DNA of 64,000 nucleotides from Pseudomonadota bacterium (GTDB taxonomy: Bacteria > Bdellovibrionota_G > JALEGL01 > DATDPG01): NCBI GenBank assembly GCA_043809315.1, contig JAZDDX010000039.1:32001-96000 (forward strand), read 5' to 3'. Of the stretch, positions 54,113-64,000 are shown in pieces. The notes under the pieces are model-generated. The model saw only the letters and a program-made list of their open reading frames with translations, made no database searches and had not been told where the DNA came from. Position 1 is the stretch's first letter, and each line of letters starts with the position of its first letter. Both the position numbers and the translations under genes were made by a program.

Positions 54113-56308
54113 TCACCCTCCAAGATATCGCGCCGTGTGGTAGACGCAAAGGGCGGCCAGATACGCCAGCGCCGTGAGATATACGAACGTCACGATCGGC
54201 CACCTCCAGGAGTTGGTCTCCCGTTTGATCGTCGAAAGGGTCGCGCCGCACTGACAGCAGAGCGCGAAGAAAACCATGATCGAAAACGCCACCGCCAGCG
54301 TGAAGACCGGGGAACCATCCTCCCGCTTGGCGTGCCGGAGGCCCGAGATCAGCGACCCCTCCTCCTCCGTTTTTCTTGTTTCCGAATTGTAGATCGTCCC
54401 GAGCGTCGAGATCACCACCTCGCGAGCGGGGAAGGAGGCGATGGCCGCCATCCCGATCTCCCAGTTCCACCCGAGCGGCGCAACCGCCGGTTCGATGAAA
54501 TGTCCGAGACGGCCGAAATAGCTCTGCCGCAAATATTGGGAGTTCTCCTCCCTCTGAAGGTTCTCCTTGTTCACCGCGTTCGCCATCGTGCGCGCCCTCT
54601 CGAACCGATCATGGATCTGCGCCGGATGCGGAAAGTACGAGAGGGTCCAGACGACGATCGTCATCGCGAGGATGATCGTTCCGGCCGTCCCGACGAACTC
54701 CCGGACACTCGAGTAGATCCGTAAGAGAACCGTCTTCCGTGTCGGCCACTTGTACGAAGGAAGCTCCATGAAGAACGGCGTCGGCGGGCTCTTGAGGAGC
54801 GTCCGGTTCAAGAGCCAGAGCGTCGGCACCGCGACCACGACCCCCGCCAGATGCATGGCGAAGAGAACGAGCCCCTGCAGACCGATCCACCCCCCGAGAT
54901 ACCGATTCGGCGGGATAAACGCGCCGATAAAAAGGACGTAAACCGGAAGACGGGCCGAGCAGCTGATCAACGGGGAAACCAGGATCGTCGCGAACCGCTG
55001 CTTGCGGTTTTCGATCACGCGCGTCGCCATGATCCCTGGGACGGCGCAAGCGAAGCAGGAGATGAGGGGGATCACCGACCGGCCGGTCAAACCCACGAAG
55101 CGGAACAGTCGATCGGTAAGAAAAGCGGCGCGCGACATGTATCCGCAATCTTCTAGGACCGCCATGAAGCCGAAGAGGATCGCGATCTGCGGGAGAAATG
55201 CCAGAACGCTCCCGACCCCACCGATCACCCCGTCCGTCAGAAGGGATTGAAGAGGACCTGCCGGAATCCATCGCCCCACCCAGGCGGAGAGTTCGTTGAA
55301 CAAGGCTCCGATTCCATTCATCAGAGGAGCGGCCCAGGCGTAGATCGATTGGAAAACGACTCCCAGAATGACGAGAAGAGAGAGCGATCCCCACACCCGG
55401 TGCGTAACGACCTCATCGATTCGATCGGTCAGCGTTCGCGCTGCGGTCTGGGGTGCCGATACGGACGCTTCGAGAGCCGAGCGGACCCATCGATACCGTG
55501 CTTCCGCTTCGATCTTCGAAAGGGGGCCGAGCATCGATAGACGCTGACGAGAGGTATCGAGAAGAAGACGAAAACTCTCGCCGTATTGCCGAACCAGCCG
55601 GAGTTCCGCATATCCGCCGTCATCCACAAGAGTCCGAAGGGCTTCGGGCAGAGAGAGTTTCCGCCCCTCGGGACTCTTCATCTTGCGGACGTACTCCGTC
55701 AGACCCTCCACCTCCCGCATGACTTCCAGCGGAAGGCAGAACGTCGGAGGTTCCGGAGTGCGGGTTTTCAGAGCCACTTCGATGGCATCGATCAATCCCT
55801 GAATCCCGTCCTTCTTATTCGCCTGTGTCGGAACGACCGGGATCCCCATCCGGCGTGAAAGCTCCACGAGATCGATCCGGACCTCCTGTTCTTCGGCGAT
55901 GTCCGCCATGTTGAGACAGGCCACCACCGGAAGTCCGAATTCACGCAGTTGGGAAAGGAGATACAGATTCCGTTCGAGGTTACTCGAATCGAGAATCGCT
56001 ATGATCAGATCGACCGGCCGCTCCCCGACCTGCTGCCCGAGAAGGACATCGGTGACGATCATCTCGTCGGGGGAACGTGCCGCGAGGCTGTAGGTTCCCG
56101 GGAGATCGATGACGCGGACTTTCCCGGATGGGAGTTCGAGGCTCCCCACCTTCCGCTCGACGGTGACGCCGGGGTAGTTCCCCACCTGGAGGGAAAGACC
56201 GGTCAGGGAGTTGAAGATCGTCGTCTTGCCGGTGTTCGGGTTCCCGACCAGGGCGATCGTCGGAGTCCGGTCGCGGGTCACGAGCTTGATGGGAGAGGTT
56301 ACGGACAC
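54113..56308 (-). CDS. feoB: Ferrous iron transporter FeoB
   Basis: GNPNTGKT, NYPGVTVE, DLPGTYS, LEDCGYM, CSARLP, MELP. Confidence 0.96.
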   Translation of the reverse strand: MSVTSPIKLVTRDRTPTIALVGNPNTGKTTIFNSLTGLSLQVGNYPGVTVERKVGSLELPSGKVRVIDLPGTYSLAARSPDEMIVTDVLLGQQVGERPVDLIIAILDSSNLERNLYLLSQLREFGLPVVACLNMADIAEEQEVRIDLVELSRRMGIPVVPTQANKKDGIQGLIDAIEVALKTRTPEPPTFCLPLEVMREVEGLTEYVRKMKSPEGRKLSLPEALRTLVDDGGYAELRLVRQYGESFRLLLDTSRQRLSMLGPLSKIEAEARYRWVRSALEASVSAPQTAARTLTDRIDEVVTHRVWGSLSLLVILGVVFQSIYAWAAPLMNGIGALFNELSAWVGRWIPAGPLQSLLTDGVIGGVGSVLAFLPQIAILFGFMAVLEDCGYMSRAAFLTDRLFRFVGLTGRSVIPLISCFACAVPGIMATRVIENRKQRFATILVSPLISCSARLPVYVLFIGAFIPPNRYLGGWIGLQGLVLFAMHLAGVVVAVPTLWLLNRTLLKSPPTPFFMELPSYKWPTRKTVLLRIYSSVREFVGTAGTIILAMTIVVWTLSYFPHPAQIHDRFERARTMANAVNKENLQREENSQYLRQSYFGRLGHFIEPAVAPLGWNWEIGMAAIASFPAREVVISTLGTIYNSETRKTEEEGSLISGLRHAKREDGSPVFTLAVAFSIMVFFALCCQCGATLSTIKRETNSWRWPIVTFVYLTALAYLAALCVYHTARYLGG

Positions 56309-56538
56309 AACTCCACTTCGACATGTTCAGCGTCCGCCTTCCGAAGCGAAAGGCGGTACCGCCCCACACGGATCTCCATCGGGTCCCCCAACGGCGCGAA
56401 CCTCACCACTTCGATGACCGATCCTTGGACCAGCCCCATCTCCATGAGCCTCTGCCCGATGCCGTTGGTGAAACCGACGTCAACGATTCTGCATCGTTGT
56501 TTCGGCGCGACTCGATTCAGTGTGGTGCGTTCGGTCAA
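56299..56538 (-). CDS. feoA: FeoA
   Basis: RLMEMGL...APLGDP...LSLRK. Confidence 0.92.
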   Translation of the reverse strand: MTERTTLNRVAPKQRCRIVDVGFTNGIGQRLMEMGLVQGSVIEVVRFAPLGDPMEIRVGRYRLSLRKADAEHVEVELCP

Positions 56539-56604
56539 TTCTCACCCATCTTCAAGAGCCAGCACTTATGTCACACCTCGCGTTTAGGTTTCAACCGGTC
56601 GGAT

Positions 56605-58623
56605 CTACTTTTCCGGAAGGACCATCGGGAGGATCACGAACGGCAGGCCGGAGAAGCGGAGCTGCCTCTGGATCGCGTAGGCCGTCTGGTTGTGGAGCAG
56701 CGGCTCGTACCATTTCGGTTTCCCGAATACCAACTCCCCGGCAAAAAACGTTACGTTCCGGAGATCTTTTCCGATGTCGAGGCAGAGTTCGGATGCGGTC
56801 CGGACGACGTCGGCGCCGGAGGTCACGTAGCTCTTGGCCGGCAGCCCGATCCGGGCCGCGAGGTCGACGTACTTGTCGAGGTTCTCCTTCGTCCTTTGTT
56901 CCACAAGCTCGGCATGCCCCCGTTTCAGGAACTCCGAATCGATCACGCCGACCGACATGAAGACGACATTCGAGAACGTGTGGGGAAACCGTTTCAGGAT
57001 CCCGAAGAGATTCCGGATGCCGAGTTGATTGTATCCGCCGACCAGGATGGCGGCGGTCGGTTTCAACGGATCGAACGACGGGAGGGGGTTGGTCCGGGCC
57101 CGATCGAACCAGGTCTGGATCTCGGCATCCTCCCGGAACTCCCGCGTCGACCCCGCGATCCGTTTCCCGACCGTCCGGTAGTGTTTCCGGATCGCGACAC
57201 AGGCGGCGATCAACGCCCCCGTAACGAGGATCGTAGCCCACGCCCCATGGAAGAACTTCTCGAGAATCATCACCCAGAGGATCGAGAAACAGAGGATAAA
57301 ACCGACGACATGAACCGACAGGTTCCTCCGCCATTTCGTCGGATGATCGTGCCGGGAGCGGATCCAGAACCAGGCCATCGCCGCCTGCGAGAGCGAGAAG
57401 GTCACGAAGACGTTGATCGAGTAAAGCACCACGAGGATTCCGATCCGTCCTCGGGTGAGTGCAAGGGCGACGATCGCCGTCAGCCCCATGAGGATCACGC
57501 CGTTCTGCATGGAAAAACGGTCCGAAAGGTTCGCAAACCGCTTCGGGAACCAAAGATCGACCGCCATGTTGGCCATGACTTGGGGCCCCGCGATAAAACC
57601 GGTCTGCGCGGCAAACACGAGAAGGATGCTTTCGGAGAAGATTGTTGCCCAGACGAACCACTTCCCCACCTCGAACGGACCGATCTGCCACTGCCCGGCG
57701 AATGCGGTGGCAAGAACCGTGTTGAGCGTTCTCCCCTCCTCGGGACGGACGCCGAACAGCATGTAGAGGGAGAGAAGTCCGAAGGCGAGAACGGCCAGAG
57801 AGAACGCAAGCAACGCCATGGTCCTCTTCCCCGTCAAGACTTTCGGCTCCCGCAACGTCCCCACGGAGTTCGAAACCGCTTCGATCCCGGTGTAGGTCCC
57901 GGCTCCCATCGAGTAGCCGCGGAGAAAGATCAAAAACAGGCCCCAGACGCCGACTTGGGCCACGCCGGTGCGAAAGTCTTGGGCCGTCTGATGGACGACG
58001 GTCGAGACGTCTCCGATGTGCGTTACGAACCCGCCGATGATCAGGACCGCATGAGTAACGAGAAAGAGAAGGAAGAACGGGACGACGATACCGACTGACT
58101 CCTTGATCCCCCGTAGGTTCATCCCTACGAGAAGAATGACCGCCGCATATTCCGCGATCAGCTTGTACGGCTGCCAGGAGATCGGTAAAAGCGAGAAGAC
58201 GGCGTCTCCGCCGCTGGCGATCGAGACGGTGATCGTGAAAACATAGTCGACCAGGAGCGCCGAACCGGAAACGACCCCGGCCGGTTTCCCCAGAATCTGC
58301 GTTGCGACGACGTAGCCGCCTCCGCCGTGCGGGAAGTGCTCGATCAGGCGGCTGTACGCGAAGGAGATCACAAAGACGGTGATCGCCGTCGCTAACGCCA
58401 CGAAGATCGCCAGATAGGTATGGGTACCGAGCCCCCGGAACGCTTCTTCAGGTCCGTACGCCGAGGAGGTCATCCCATCGACGCCGAGACCGACCCAGGC
58501 GAGAAAGACGGCTAACGACATCTTGTGCATCAACGACGGATCGTGCGGATCTCGCGGATCACCCAGGACGGCGTGCCAGACTCGCTCCGTCAGCGTCTTT
58601 GGAATTTCGTTGGAATGGTTCAA
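56605..58623 (-). CDS. APC-family permease, KimA/YdaO-like (probable K+ uptake)
   Basis: DGMTSSAYGPEE, PHGGGGY, ALLVDY, YTGIEAVSN, LYSINVF; cytoplasmic C-terminal domain with LHNQTA. Confidence 0.8.
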   Translation of the reverse strand: MNHSNEIPKTLTERVWHAVLGDPRDPHDPSLMHKMSLAVFLAWVGLGVDGMTSSAYGPEEAFRGLGTHTYLAIFVALATAITVFVISFAYSRLIEHFPHGGGGYVVATQILGKPAGVVSGSALLVDYVFTITVSIASGGDAVFSLLPISWQPYKLIAEYAAVILLVGMNLRGIKESVGIVVPFFLLFLVTHAVLIIGGFVTHIGDVSTVVHQTAQDFRTGVAQVGVWGLFLIFLRGYSMGAGTYTGIEAVSNSVGTLREPKVLTGKRTMALLAFSLAVLAFGLLSLYMLFGVRPEEGRTLNTVLATAFAGQWQIGPFEVGKWFVWATIFSESILLVFAAQTGFIAGPQVMANMAVDLWFPKRFANLSDRFSMQNGVILMGLTAIVALALTRGRIGILVVLYSINVFVTFSLSQAAMAWFWIRSRHDHPTKWRRNLSVHVVGFILCFSILWVMILEKFFHGAWATILVTGALIAACVAIRKHYRTVGKRIAGSTREFREDAEIQTWFDRARTNPLPSFDPLKPTAAILVGGYNQLGIRNLFGILKRFPHTFSNVVFMSVGVIDSEFLKRGHAELVEQRTKENLDKYVDLAARIGLPAKSYVTSGADVVRTASELCLDIGKDLRNVTFFAGELVFGKPKWYEPLLHNQTAYAIQRQLRFSGLPFVILPMVLPEK

Positions 58624-58685
58624 CGTGCAGCCCCAGGAAAGCGGGTTTTCTACATTGAAACGGGGAGGTTGTCACACTGCCAGGG

Positions 58686-58715
58686 TTGACGAACCGCCAG
58701 GCGAAAGGTTATTAT
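58686..58715 (+). promoter_or_regulatory. Putative sigma70 promoter of the tetR-efflux operon
   Basis: TTGACG-18 nt-TATTAT; overlapped by a GACGAA...TTCGTC inverted repeat. Confidence 0.5.
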
Positions 58716-58736
58716 TCGTCTGGTTAGTTAAATTAT

Positions 58737-59354
58737 ATGGATAAACAAATAACGAGAACCACACTGAAACAGGCGGCAGCCGAACTTTTTGCGGAATACG
58801 GCTTCGATGGAACCACCACGGAGATGATCGCCCGGCGCGCAGGGGTTAATAAGGCGCTGATCAATTATTACTACCGGTCCAAAAAGGAGCTCCATCTGGA
58901 GATCGTCGAAACGATGCTCTCGTCGCTCCGCGAGCCGTTGGAGGGGCTGAAGAACCTGAACCTCCCGCCTGATGAACAGTTACGACGGTTCATCGAGATC
59001 TTCGCCGATCGGCACAAGGTGTACCCGATGCTCTCGACGATGCTTCTCCGCGAACTTCTTTCCGGCGGCGAACAGATCTCGGAGCGATGCCTGCCGCATT
59101 TCCTCTTCATGATGAAGTATGTTGCGGATCTCCTGGCTCGGGGAATCCGCGAACGGGTTTTCCGGCCGGTCGATCCGTTTCTCACGCACTTGAGCCTCAT
59201 CGGTACGTTGGTCTTTTTCTTCGCCACCATGAAGGCGCGAGATCACCTGATCCGTTCGGGGATCCCGGTCACCCCCCCGACCGCCGACCAATATTTGCCG
59301 CACATAGCCGAACTTTTTCTTCGAGGCTTGAAGCCCGATCCGGAGAAACCATGA
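58737..59354 (+). CDS. TetR/AcrR-family regulator
   Basis: AAAELFAEYGFDGTT...IARRAGVNKALINYYY. Confidence 0.93.
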   Translation: MDKQITRTTLKQAAAELFAEYGFDGTTTEMIARRAGVNKALINYYYRSKKELHLEIVETMLSSLREPLEGLKNLNLPPDEQLRRFIEIFADRHKVYPMLSTMLLRELLSGGEQISERCLPHFLFMMKYVADLLARGIRERVFRPVDPFLTHLSLIGTLVFFFATMKARDHLIRSGIPVTPPTADQYLPHIAELFLRGLKPDPEKP

Positions 59355-60175
59355 AACGACGAACCGCCATCCTGACGTTGATCCTCCTCTCGATGATTCT
59401 CCTCGGCTGCTCGAAAGGGAACCGCGGAGAGATCATCCCCGCCTCCGGGTACATCGAAGCGACCGAAGTTCGCATCGGAACGAAGGTCCCCGGCAAACTC
59501 GCTTCCCTCCTGATCGCGGAGGGGGACGCGGTCCGGAAAGGACAAACGATCGCCCGGATCGATCCCGTCGACCTCCGTCTCGCACTCGACACCGCCAACG
59601 CCGAGCGGGCGCAAGCGAACGCCGACGTCAACGGCGCGGGGACCGACTTGAAGCGGATGCAACAGCTCTTCGACACCGGTTCGGGAACCGCCAAAGCTCG
59701 CGATGATGCCAGAACCCGCTTCGAAGTGGCCTCGGCCCGCCTCGCTTCCGCCAACGCGAAAACCGCTCAGCTCGCGCAGCAGCTGGCCGACACCGCCATT
59801 GCGAGCCCTCTCGACGGGATCATCACCGAGAAACTCGCCGAAGAGGGGGAGCTTCTCTCCCCCGGGGCGACGATCGCCGTCGCCACCGACGTCCGAAACG
59901 CATGGTTGACTGCCTACGTCGGGGAACCGGACGTTCCCCGGATCCGCCTCGGGCAGGAGGCCGACGTGACGACCGATGCGGCCGGGGTTTCCCGAAAAGG
60001 GAAGATCACCTTCGTCTCGTCGGCGGCGGAGTTCACGCCGAAAAATGTCCAGACCCGGGACGAGCGCGTGAAGCTCGTCTTCAAGATCAAGATCACGATC
60101 GACAACCGGGACCTGACGTTCAAACCCGGGATGCCGGCACAAGCCAAGATCCCGATTTCGGCCGCGGCAAAATAG
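59351..60175 (+). CDS. HlyD/YbhG-like periplasmic adaptor
   Basis: ATGA overlap; lipobox LLGC; AEFTPKNVQTRDER, KPGMPA. Confidence 0.9.
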   Translation: MKRRTAILTLILLSMILLGCSKGNRGEIIPASGYIEATEVRIGTKVPGKLASLLIAEGDAVRKGQTIARIDPVDLRLALDTANAERAQANADVNGAGTDLKRMQQLFDTGSGTAKARDDARTRFEVASARLASANAKTAQLAQQLADTAIASPLDGIITEKLAEEGELLSPGATIAVATDVRNAWLTAYVGEPDVPRIRLGQEADVTTDAAGVSRKGKITFVSSAAEFTPKNVQTRDERVKLVFKIKITIDNRDLTFKPGMPAQAKIPISAAAK

Positions 60176-60188
60176 CGGTGGAGCGCGA

Positions 60189-61142
60189 GTGAGCCATTCG
60201 ATCCGCCTCGACAACGTCTCCCGCGCGTTCGGACCGGTCCGGGCCGTCCACGGCATGAGCTTCGAGATCGAACGGGGAGAGATGTTCGCCCTGATCGGTC
60301 CCGACGGTGCCGGGAAGACCACTACGCTGAAGATGATCCTCGGTCTCCTCCCCTCCGATTCCGGCCGGATCGAGACGCTGGGACTCTCGCCCGAGCGGGA
60401 CCGTCTCGTGCTGGCGGAGAAGGTCGGGTATCTCCCCCAACGGTTCTCGCTCTATGGCGATCTCTCGGTCGACGAGAACATCTCCTTCTTCGCCACCATT
60501 CACGGCGTCGGCCACTGGCGTTCCCGTCGGGCCGAACTCTTGAAGATGATGCGCCTCGACCCGTTCCGGACCCGACTCGCCGATCGTCTTTCCGGTGGGA
60601 TGAAGCAGAAGCTCGCCCTCTGTTGCACCTTGATCCATACCCCGGAGCTTCTCATCCTCGACGAGCCGACCACCGGAGTCGACCCGGTATCCCGTCGCGA
60701 GTTTTGGGCGATCCTCTCCGGACTCAAGCGGGACGGGATCACGATCGTTCTCACGACGCCGTATCTCGACGAAGCGGAGCGCGTGGACCGCGTCGCCCTG
60801 ATGATGAAGGGGCGCCTTCTCGATCTCGACACCCCGGCCCGATTGCGAGCTTCCGTCCGCGGATCGGTGATCGAGGTTCTCGCCCGCCCGAAGCGGGAGG
60901 CGGCCGACCTCCTACGACGTATTCCGGGAGTTTCCGGAATCGAAACCTTCGGCGAGCGTCTCCACGCCGCGGTCCCGGACCTCTCGGGGGAAGCGGCTGA
61001 AACGTTCGGGAAGACGATCGAGGGGTCCCTTCGCTCGGCCGGCGTCGTCGTAACGACGGTTCGCGCCGTCGCACCGACCCTGGAGGATCTCTTCATTTCC
61101 CGCGTCCGCAACCAAGAAACCGGCGAGGAGGCCGTCCCATGA
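60189..61142 (+). CDS. ABC transporter ATP-binding protein (YbhF-like)
   Basis: GPDGAGKT, LSGGMKQK, LDEPTTGVDP. Confidence 0.93.
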   Translation: MSHSIRLDNVSRAFGPVRAVHGMSFEIERGEMFALIGPDGAGKTTTLKMILGLLPSDSGRIETLGLSPERDRLVLAEKVGYLPQRFSLYGDLSVDENISFFATIHGVGHWRSRRAELLKMMRLDPFRTRLADRLSGGMKQKLALCCTLIHTPELLILDEPTTGVDPVSRREFWAILSGLKRDGITIVLTTPYLDEAERVDRVALMMKGRLLDLDTPARLRASVRGSVIEVLARPKREAADLLRRIPGVSGIETFGERLHAAVPDLSGEAAETFGKTIEGSLRSAGVVVTTVRAVAPTLEDLFISRVRNQETGEEAVP

Positions 61143-62449
61143 TCCGACGATCGATCCCGATTCTCTCGATTCTCTTGCTCGTCTCCGCCGGAGCGGCGGA
61201 AGAACGGGGTCCGCTCACGCTCCAAGCGGCGATCGAACGGGCGCAGGGTGTCGCGCCGAAGATCCGCCGCCTCCGGGCGCTCGAAAGCGCCGCCCACGCA
61301 TCCTCCTCGGTTGCCCGCGGAGGACGCTGGCCGTCGGTGAACGCGAGCGCCGGGTACGCCCGGTACTCCGACGTCCCTTCGCTGACGGCGAACTTCGGAA
61401 ACGGGCCGGTCGCCCTATTCCCCAACCTCCCGAACAACTACCGGACGCGGGTCGAAGGAAGTGTGCCGCTCTTCACCGGCGGTAAACTCTCTTCGGCGAT
61501 TGCGGCCGCCCGGAATCAGGAGTCGTCGGCGGAGCAGGAACGGGAAAGCAGTACGGCGGACTTGACGCTCGAAACGACGGTCGCTTATTGGGGCCTCGTC
61601 ACCGCCGCCGAGAGCGAAACCGTTCTCAGTGCGGCGGTCGCCTCGTACGACGGTCACCTGAAAGATGCCGAGAACCGCGCACGGATCGGAATGGCGGCGC
61701 GGAACGACGTTCTGGCGGTCTCCGTCGAGCGCGACCAGGCGGAGCTGTCGTTGATCCAAGCGCGCGACGAAACCGCAATCGCCAGGGCCAACCTCCTGCG
61801 GCTGCTCGATTACGGGACCTCGGACGCGGTGGAGCCGTCCGACCGACTCGATCCCGTCCCCGCCCACACCCCACCTTTGGAGGAATCGATCCGTAAAGCG
61901 CTCGAGTCACGCGCCGACCGCAAAGCAGCAGCGTCTCGTCTTGCCGCCGCGAACGAGACGACGGGGATCGCCCGGTCGGTCTGGTGGCCGCAGATCTCCG
62001 CCGTCGCAGGATACGATTACGCCCGGCCGAACCGACGGATCGTTCCGAACACGGACGAGTTCAAGGGGAGCTGGGATGCCGGCATCAACCTCACCCTGAA
62101 CCTTTTCGAGGGGGGCCGCACACGCGCCGGCATCGACCAAGCCGAAGCGCAGGCCGAGGCGACCCGGGCCCAACTTGCGGAACTCGATCAACGGATCCGT
62201 TTCGAGGTGAGTGCCCGCCTTTCGGACCTTCAGAGCGCGAACGCCGCGATCCCGGTCGCTCTCCGGAACGTCGAGTCGGCGACGGAGAACCTCAAGGTCT
62301 CTCAGAACCGTTACCGGGCCGGCGTAATTCCCTCGTCTGAACTTCTCGACGCCGAAACCGCCCTCCTGCGGGCCGGGTTGCTCAAGGTCGACGTCCTGGC
62401 TCGAATCCGGGTCACGCAGGCCCAGTTCGAGAGGACCATCGGAGAGTGA
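61139..62449 (+). CDS. TolC-family outer-membrane efflux protein
   Basis: Signal peptide; PLFTGG and LFEGG repeats; RYRAG...ELLDAE. Confidence 0.9.
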   Translation: MIRRSIPILSILLLVSAGAAEERGPLTLQAAIERAQGVAPKIRRLRALESAAHASSSVARGGRWPSVNASAGYARYSDVPSLTANFGNGPVALFPNLPNNYRTRVEGSVPLFTGGKLSSAIAAARNQESSAEQERESSTADLTLETTVAYWGLVTAAESETVLSAAVASYDGHLKDAENRARIGMAARNDVLAVSVERDQAELSLIQARDETAIARANLLRLLDYGTSDAVEPSDRLDPVPAHTPPLEESIRKALESRADRKAAASRLAAANETTGIARSVWWPQISAVAGYDYARPNRRIVPNTDEFKGSWDAGINLTLNLFEGGRTRAGIDQAEAQAEATRAQLAELDQRIRFEVSARLSDLQSANAAIPVALRNVESATENLKVSQNRYRAGVIPSSELLDAETALLRAGLLKVDVLARIRVTQAQFERTIGE

Positions 62450-63387
62450 ATGTGACGGCCGCCATCGAAACGCACGAGCTCACGAAGCGCTTCGGTTCGT
62501 TCACGGCGGTCGATCGTCTGACCATGGAGGTCCATTCCGGAGAGATCTTCGGTTTTCTCGGAAGCAACGGGGCGGGGAAATCGACGGCGATCCGGATGAT
62601 GTGCGGCCTCCTTTCCCCGACCTCCGGGAGCGCCCGGGTTCTCGGACTCGATGTCGCGAGTCAGCCGGACGAGGTGAAACGCAAAATCGGGTACATGAGC
62701 CAGCGTTTCTCTCTCTACGACGATCTGACGGTCGAGCAGAACCTGACTTTCTTCGGCGGTGTCTACGGCCTCGATGACCCTACGCTCCGGAAACGACGTT
62801 CGGCGGCGGTCGAGATGGCGGGGCTGACCGGAAAAGAGAAGATCCTGACCGGCGATCTCCCCCAGGGTTGGAAACAGCGCCTCGCTCTCGCGAGCGCGGT
62901 CCTCCACCGGCCGAAACTTCTCTTTCTCGATGAACCGACCGGCGGGGTCGATCCGATTTCCCGGCGACAGTTTTGGGGATGGATCGATGAGCTGGCCGCC
63001 TCCGGCGTGACGATCGTCGTGACGACGCACTATCTGGATGAGGCGGAACGTTGTGATCGTCTCGCGCTGATGCATGCCGGTTGCCTCATTTCGATGGGAA
63101 CCGTGGGCGAACTCCGCGGGATCTTCGCCGACCGGACGATGATCGAGATCTCCTCCCCCCGCTACCTCGAACTCCACGAGAAGCTCCGTTCCGAGCCGGG
63201 GATCCGGGAAGCGACCCTCTTCGGAACGTCGCTTCATGTCGTCATCGATCGGGACGACGCCTCACTTGCCGCGCTCCGCGCGCGGCTCGACGAATGGAAC
63301 TTCGCCCCATACCGGATCTCTCCCATCGTCCCGTCGTTGGAGGACGTCTTCATCCACCAGATCGACGCCGTGGAGGGGCGGAGATGA
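62446..63387 (+). CDS. ABC transporter ATP-binding protein (second YbhF-like ATPase)
   Basis: GSNGAGKS, LPQGWKQR, LDEPTGGVDP. Confidence 0.93.
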   Translation: MNVTAAIETHELTKRFGSFTAVDRLTMEVHSGEIFGFLGSNGAGKSTAIRMMCGLLSPTSGSARVLGLDVASQPDEVKRKIGYMSQRFSLYDDLTVEQNLTFFGGVYGLDDPTLRKRRSAAVEMAGLTGKEKILTGDLPQGWKQRLALASAVLHRPKLLFLDEPTGGVDPISRRQFWGWIDELAASGVTIVVTTHYLDEAERCDRLALMHAGCLISMGTVGELRGIFADRTMIEISSPRYLELHEKLRSEPGIREATLFGTSLHVVIDRDDASLAALRARLDEWNFAPYRISPIVPSLEDVFIHQIDAVEGRR

Positions 63388-64000
63388 GGAAGATCGCCGC
63401 GATCGCTCTCAAGGAGTTCCGGCAGATCCGCCGCGATCCCCTTTCTCTGGTGATGCTCCTCGCCTTTCCGGCGGTCATGCTTCTCCTGTACGGATACGCC
63501 CTCAACTTCGACGTGAAACATGTGCCGCTCGCGGTACAGGACCGGAGCCGATCGGCCGAGAGCCGAGACCTCGTGGCGGGGTTCACACACTCGATCTATT
63601 TCGATCAGGTCGCGGATCTCCCTCCCGACGCCGACTTTCACCGGCTGTTCGAACGACGAACGGCCCAGGCGATCCTCGTGATCCCGGAAGGGTACGGACG
63701 GAAGGTCGGAAGCGGCCGGCGGGCGCCGGTTGCGTTCCTTCTGGACGGGGCGAACGCTTCGACCGCAGCGACGATCCTCGGGTACGCCAGCGCCGTGGTC
63801 AACGAAGCGAACGCCGAGCTCTTCACGCAGACCTCCAACGAACAGAACCGTTCCTTTTCGCCGCCGCTCCTGTACCGCCCGCGCGTCTGGTACAACCCGG
63901 AGCTCAAATCGACGCAGTTCCTGATCCCGGGGTTGATCGGCTTCATCATGATGATCACCGCCGTCCTTTCGACCGCCCTCTCGATCGTCCGGGAGAAAGA
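63384..64000 (+). CDS. ABC-2 permease (YbhS/R-like), partial
   Basis: ATGA overlap; MRKIAAIALKEFRQIRRDP...YGYALNFDV...WYNPEL...IPGL; runs off window end. Confidence 0.9.
   Translation, partial: MRKIAAIALKEFRQIRRDPLSLVMLLAFPAVMLLLYGYALNFDVKHVPLAVQDRSRSAESRDLVAGFTHSIYFDQVADLPPDADFHRLFERRTAQAILVIPEGYGRKVGSGRRAPVAFLLDGANASTAATILGYASAVVNEANAELFTQTSNEQNRSFSPPLLYRPRVWYNPELKSTQFLIPGLIGFIMMITAVLSTALSIVREK

Noticed and set aside
52553-54724. Long alternative ORFs (e.g. 52553-54724, 41059-43542, 56323-58098, 39027-40712)
   Set aside because: Shadow frames of well-supported genes in high-GC DNA; no motifs.
56584-56600. DtxR/IdeR or Fur box upstream of feoA
   Set aside because: Only a TTAGGTT half-site; no palindromic partner.
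58624-58736. c-di-AMP (ydaO) riboswitch upstream of the KimA-like gene
   Set aside because: The region is only about 110 nt, holds a divergent promoter and shows no recognisable consensus.

Overview
High-GC chromosomal DNA from a diderm bacterium. Gene content resembles deltaproteobacterial lineages (an inference). I found no rRNA, tRNA, CRISPR array, IS element or prophage. The outstanding feature is a ~12 kb respiratory island (951-13178) with 55 c-type heme-binding motifs counted by eye in seven proteins. It holds a minus-strand operon of outer-membrane porin, 9-heme cytochrome, 8-heme surface lipoprotein (PKD/Ig-like stalk, Cys-rich insert), monoheme cytochrome c and an 11-heme CbcL-like cytochrome c/b fusion. 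Next to it lie an ImcH-like NapC/NirT cytochrome, a second monoheme cytochrome and a 19-heme CbcL-like protein. Together these look like a complete quinone-pool-to-cell-surface electron conduit at one locus, with Crp/Fnr-type boxes at both ends. The rest of the window carries an M49 peptidase, OmpA with TSP3 repeats, ferredoxin, GS-III, a degenerate EF-G2, a HEAT/HD-GYP pair, a K+ channel, iorAB with an ADP-forming acyl-CoA synthetase, a GH57-type glycogen operon, glgP with an in-frame TGA, a feoAB-tnaA-hypFCDE-Ni transporter run, a KimA-like transporter and a TetR-controlled YbhGFSR-like ABC/TolC efflux operon. All calls come from motif recognition; no database search was run.
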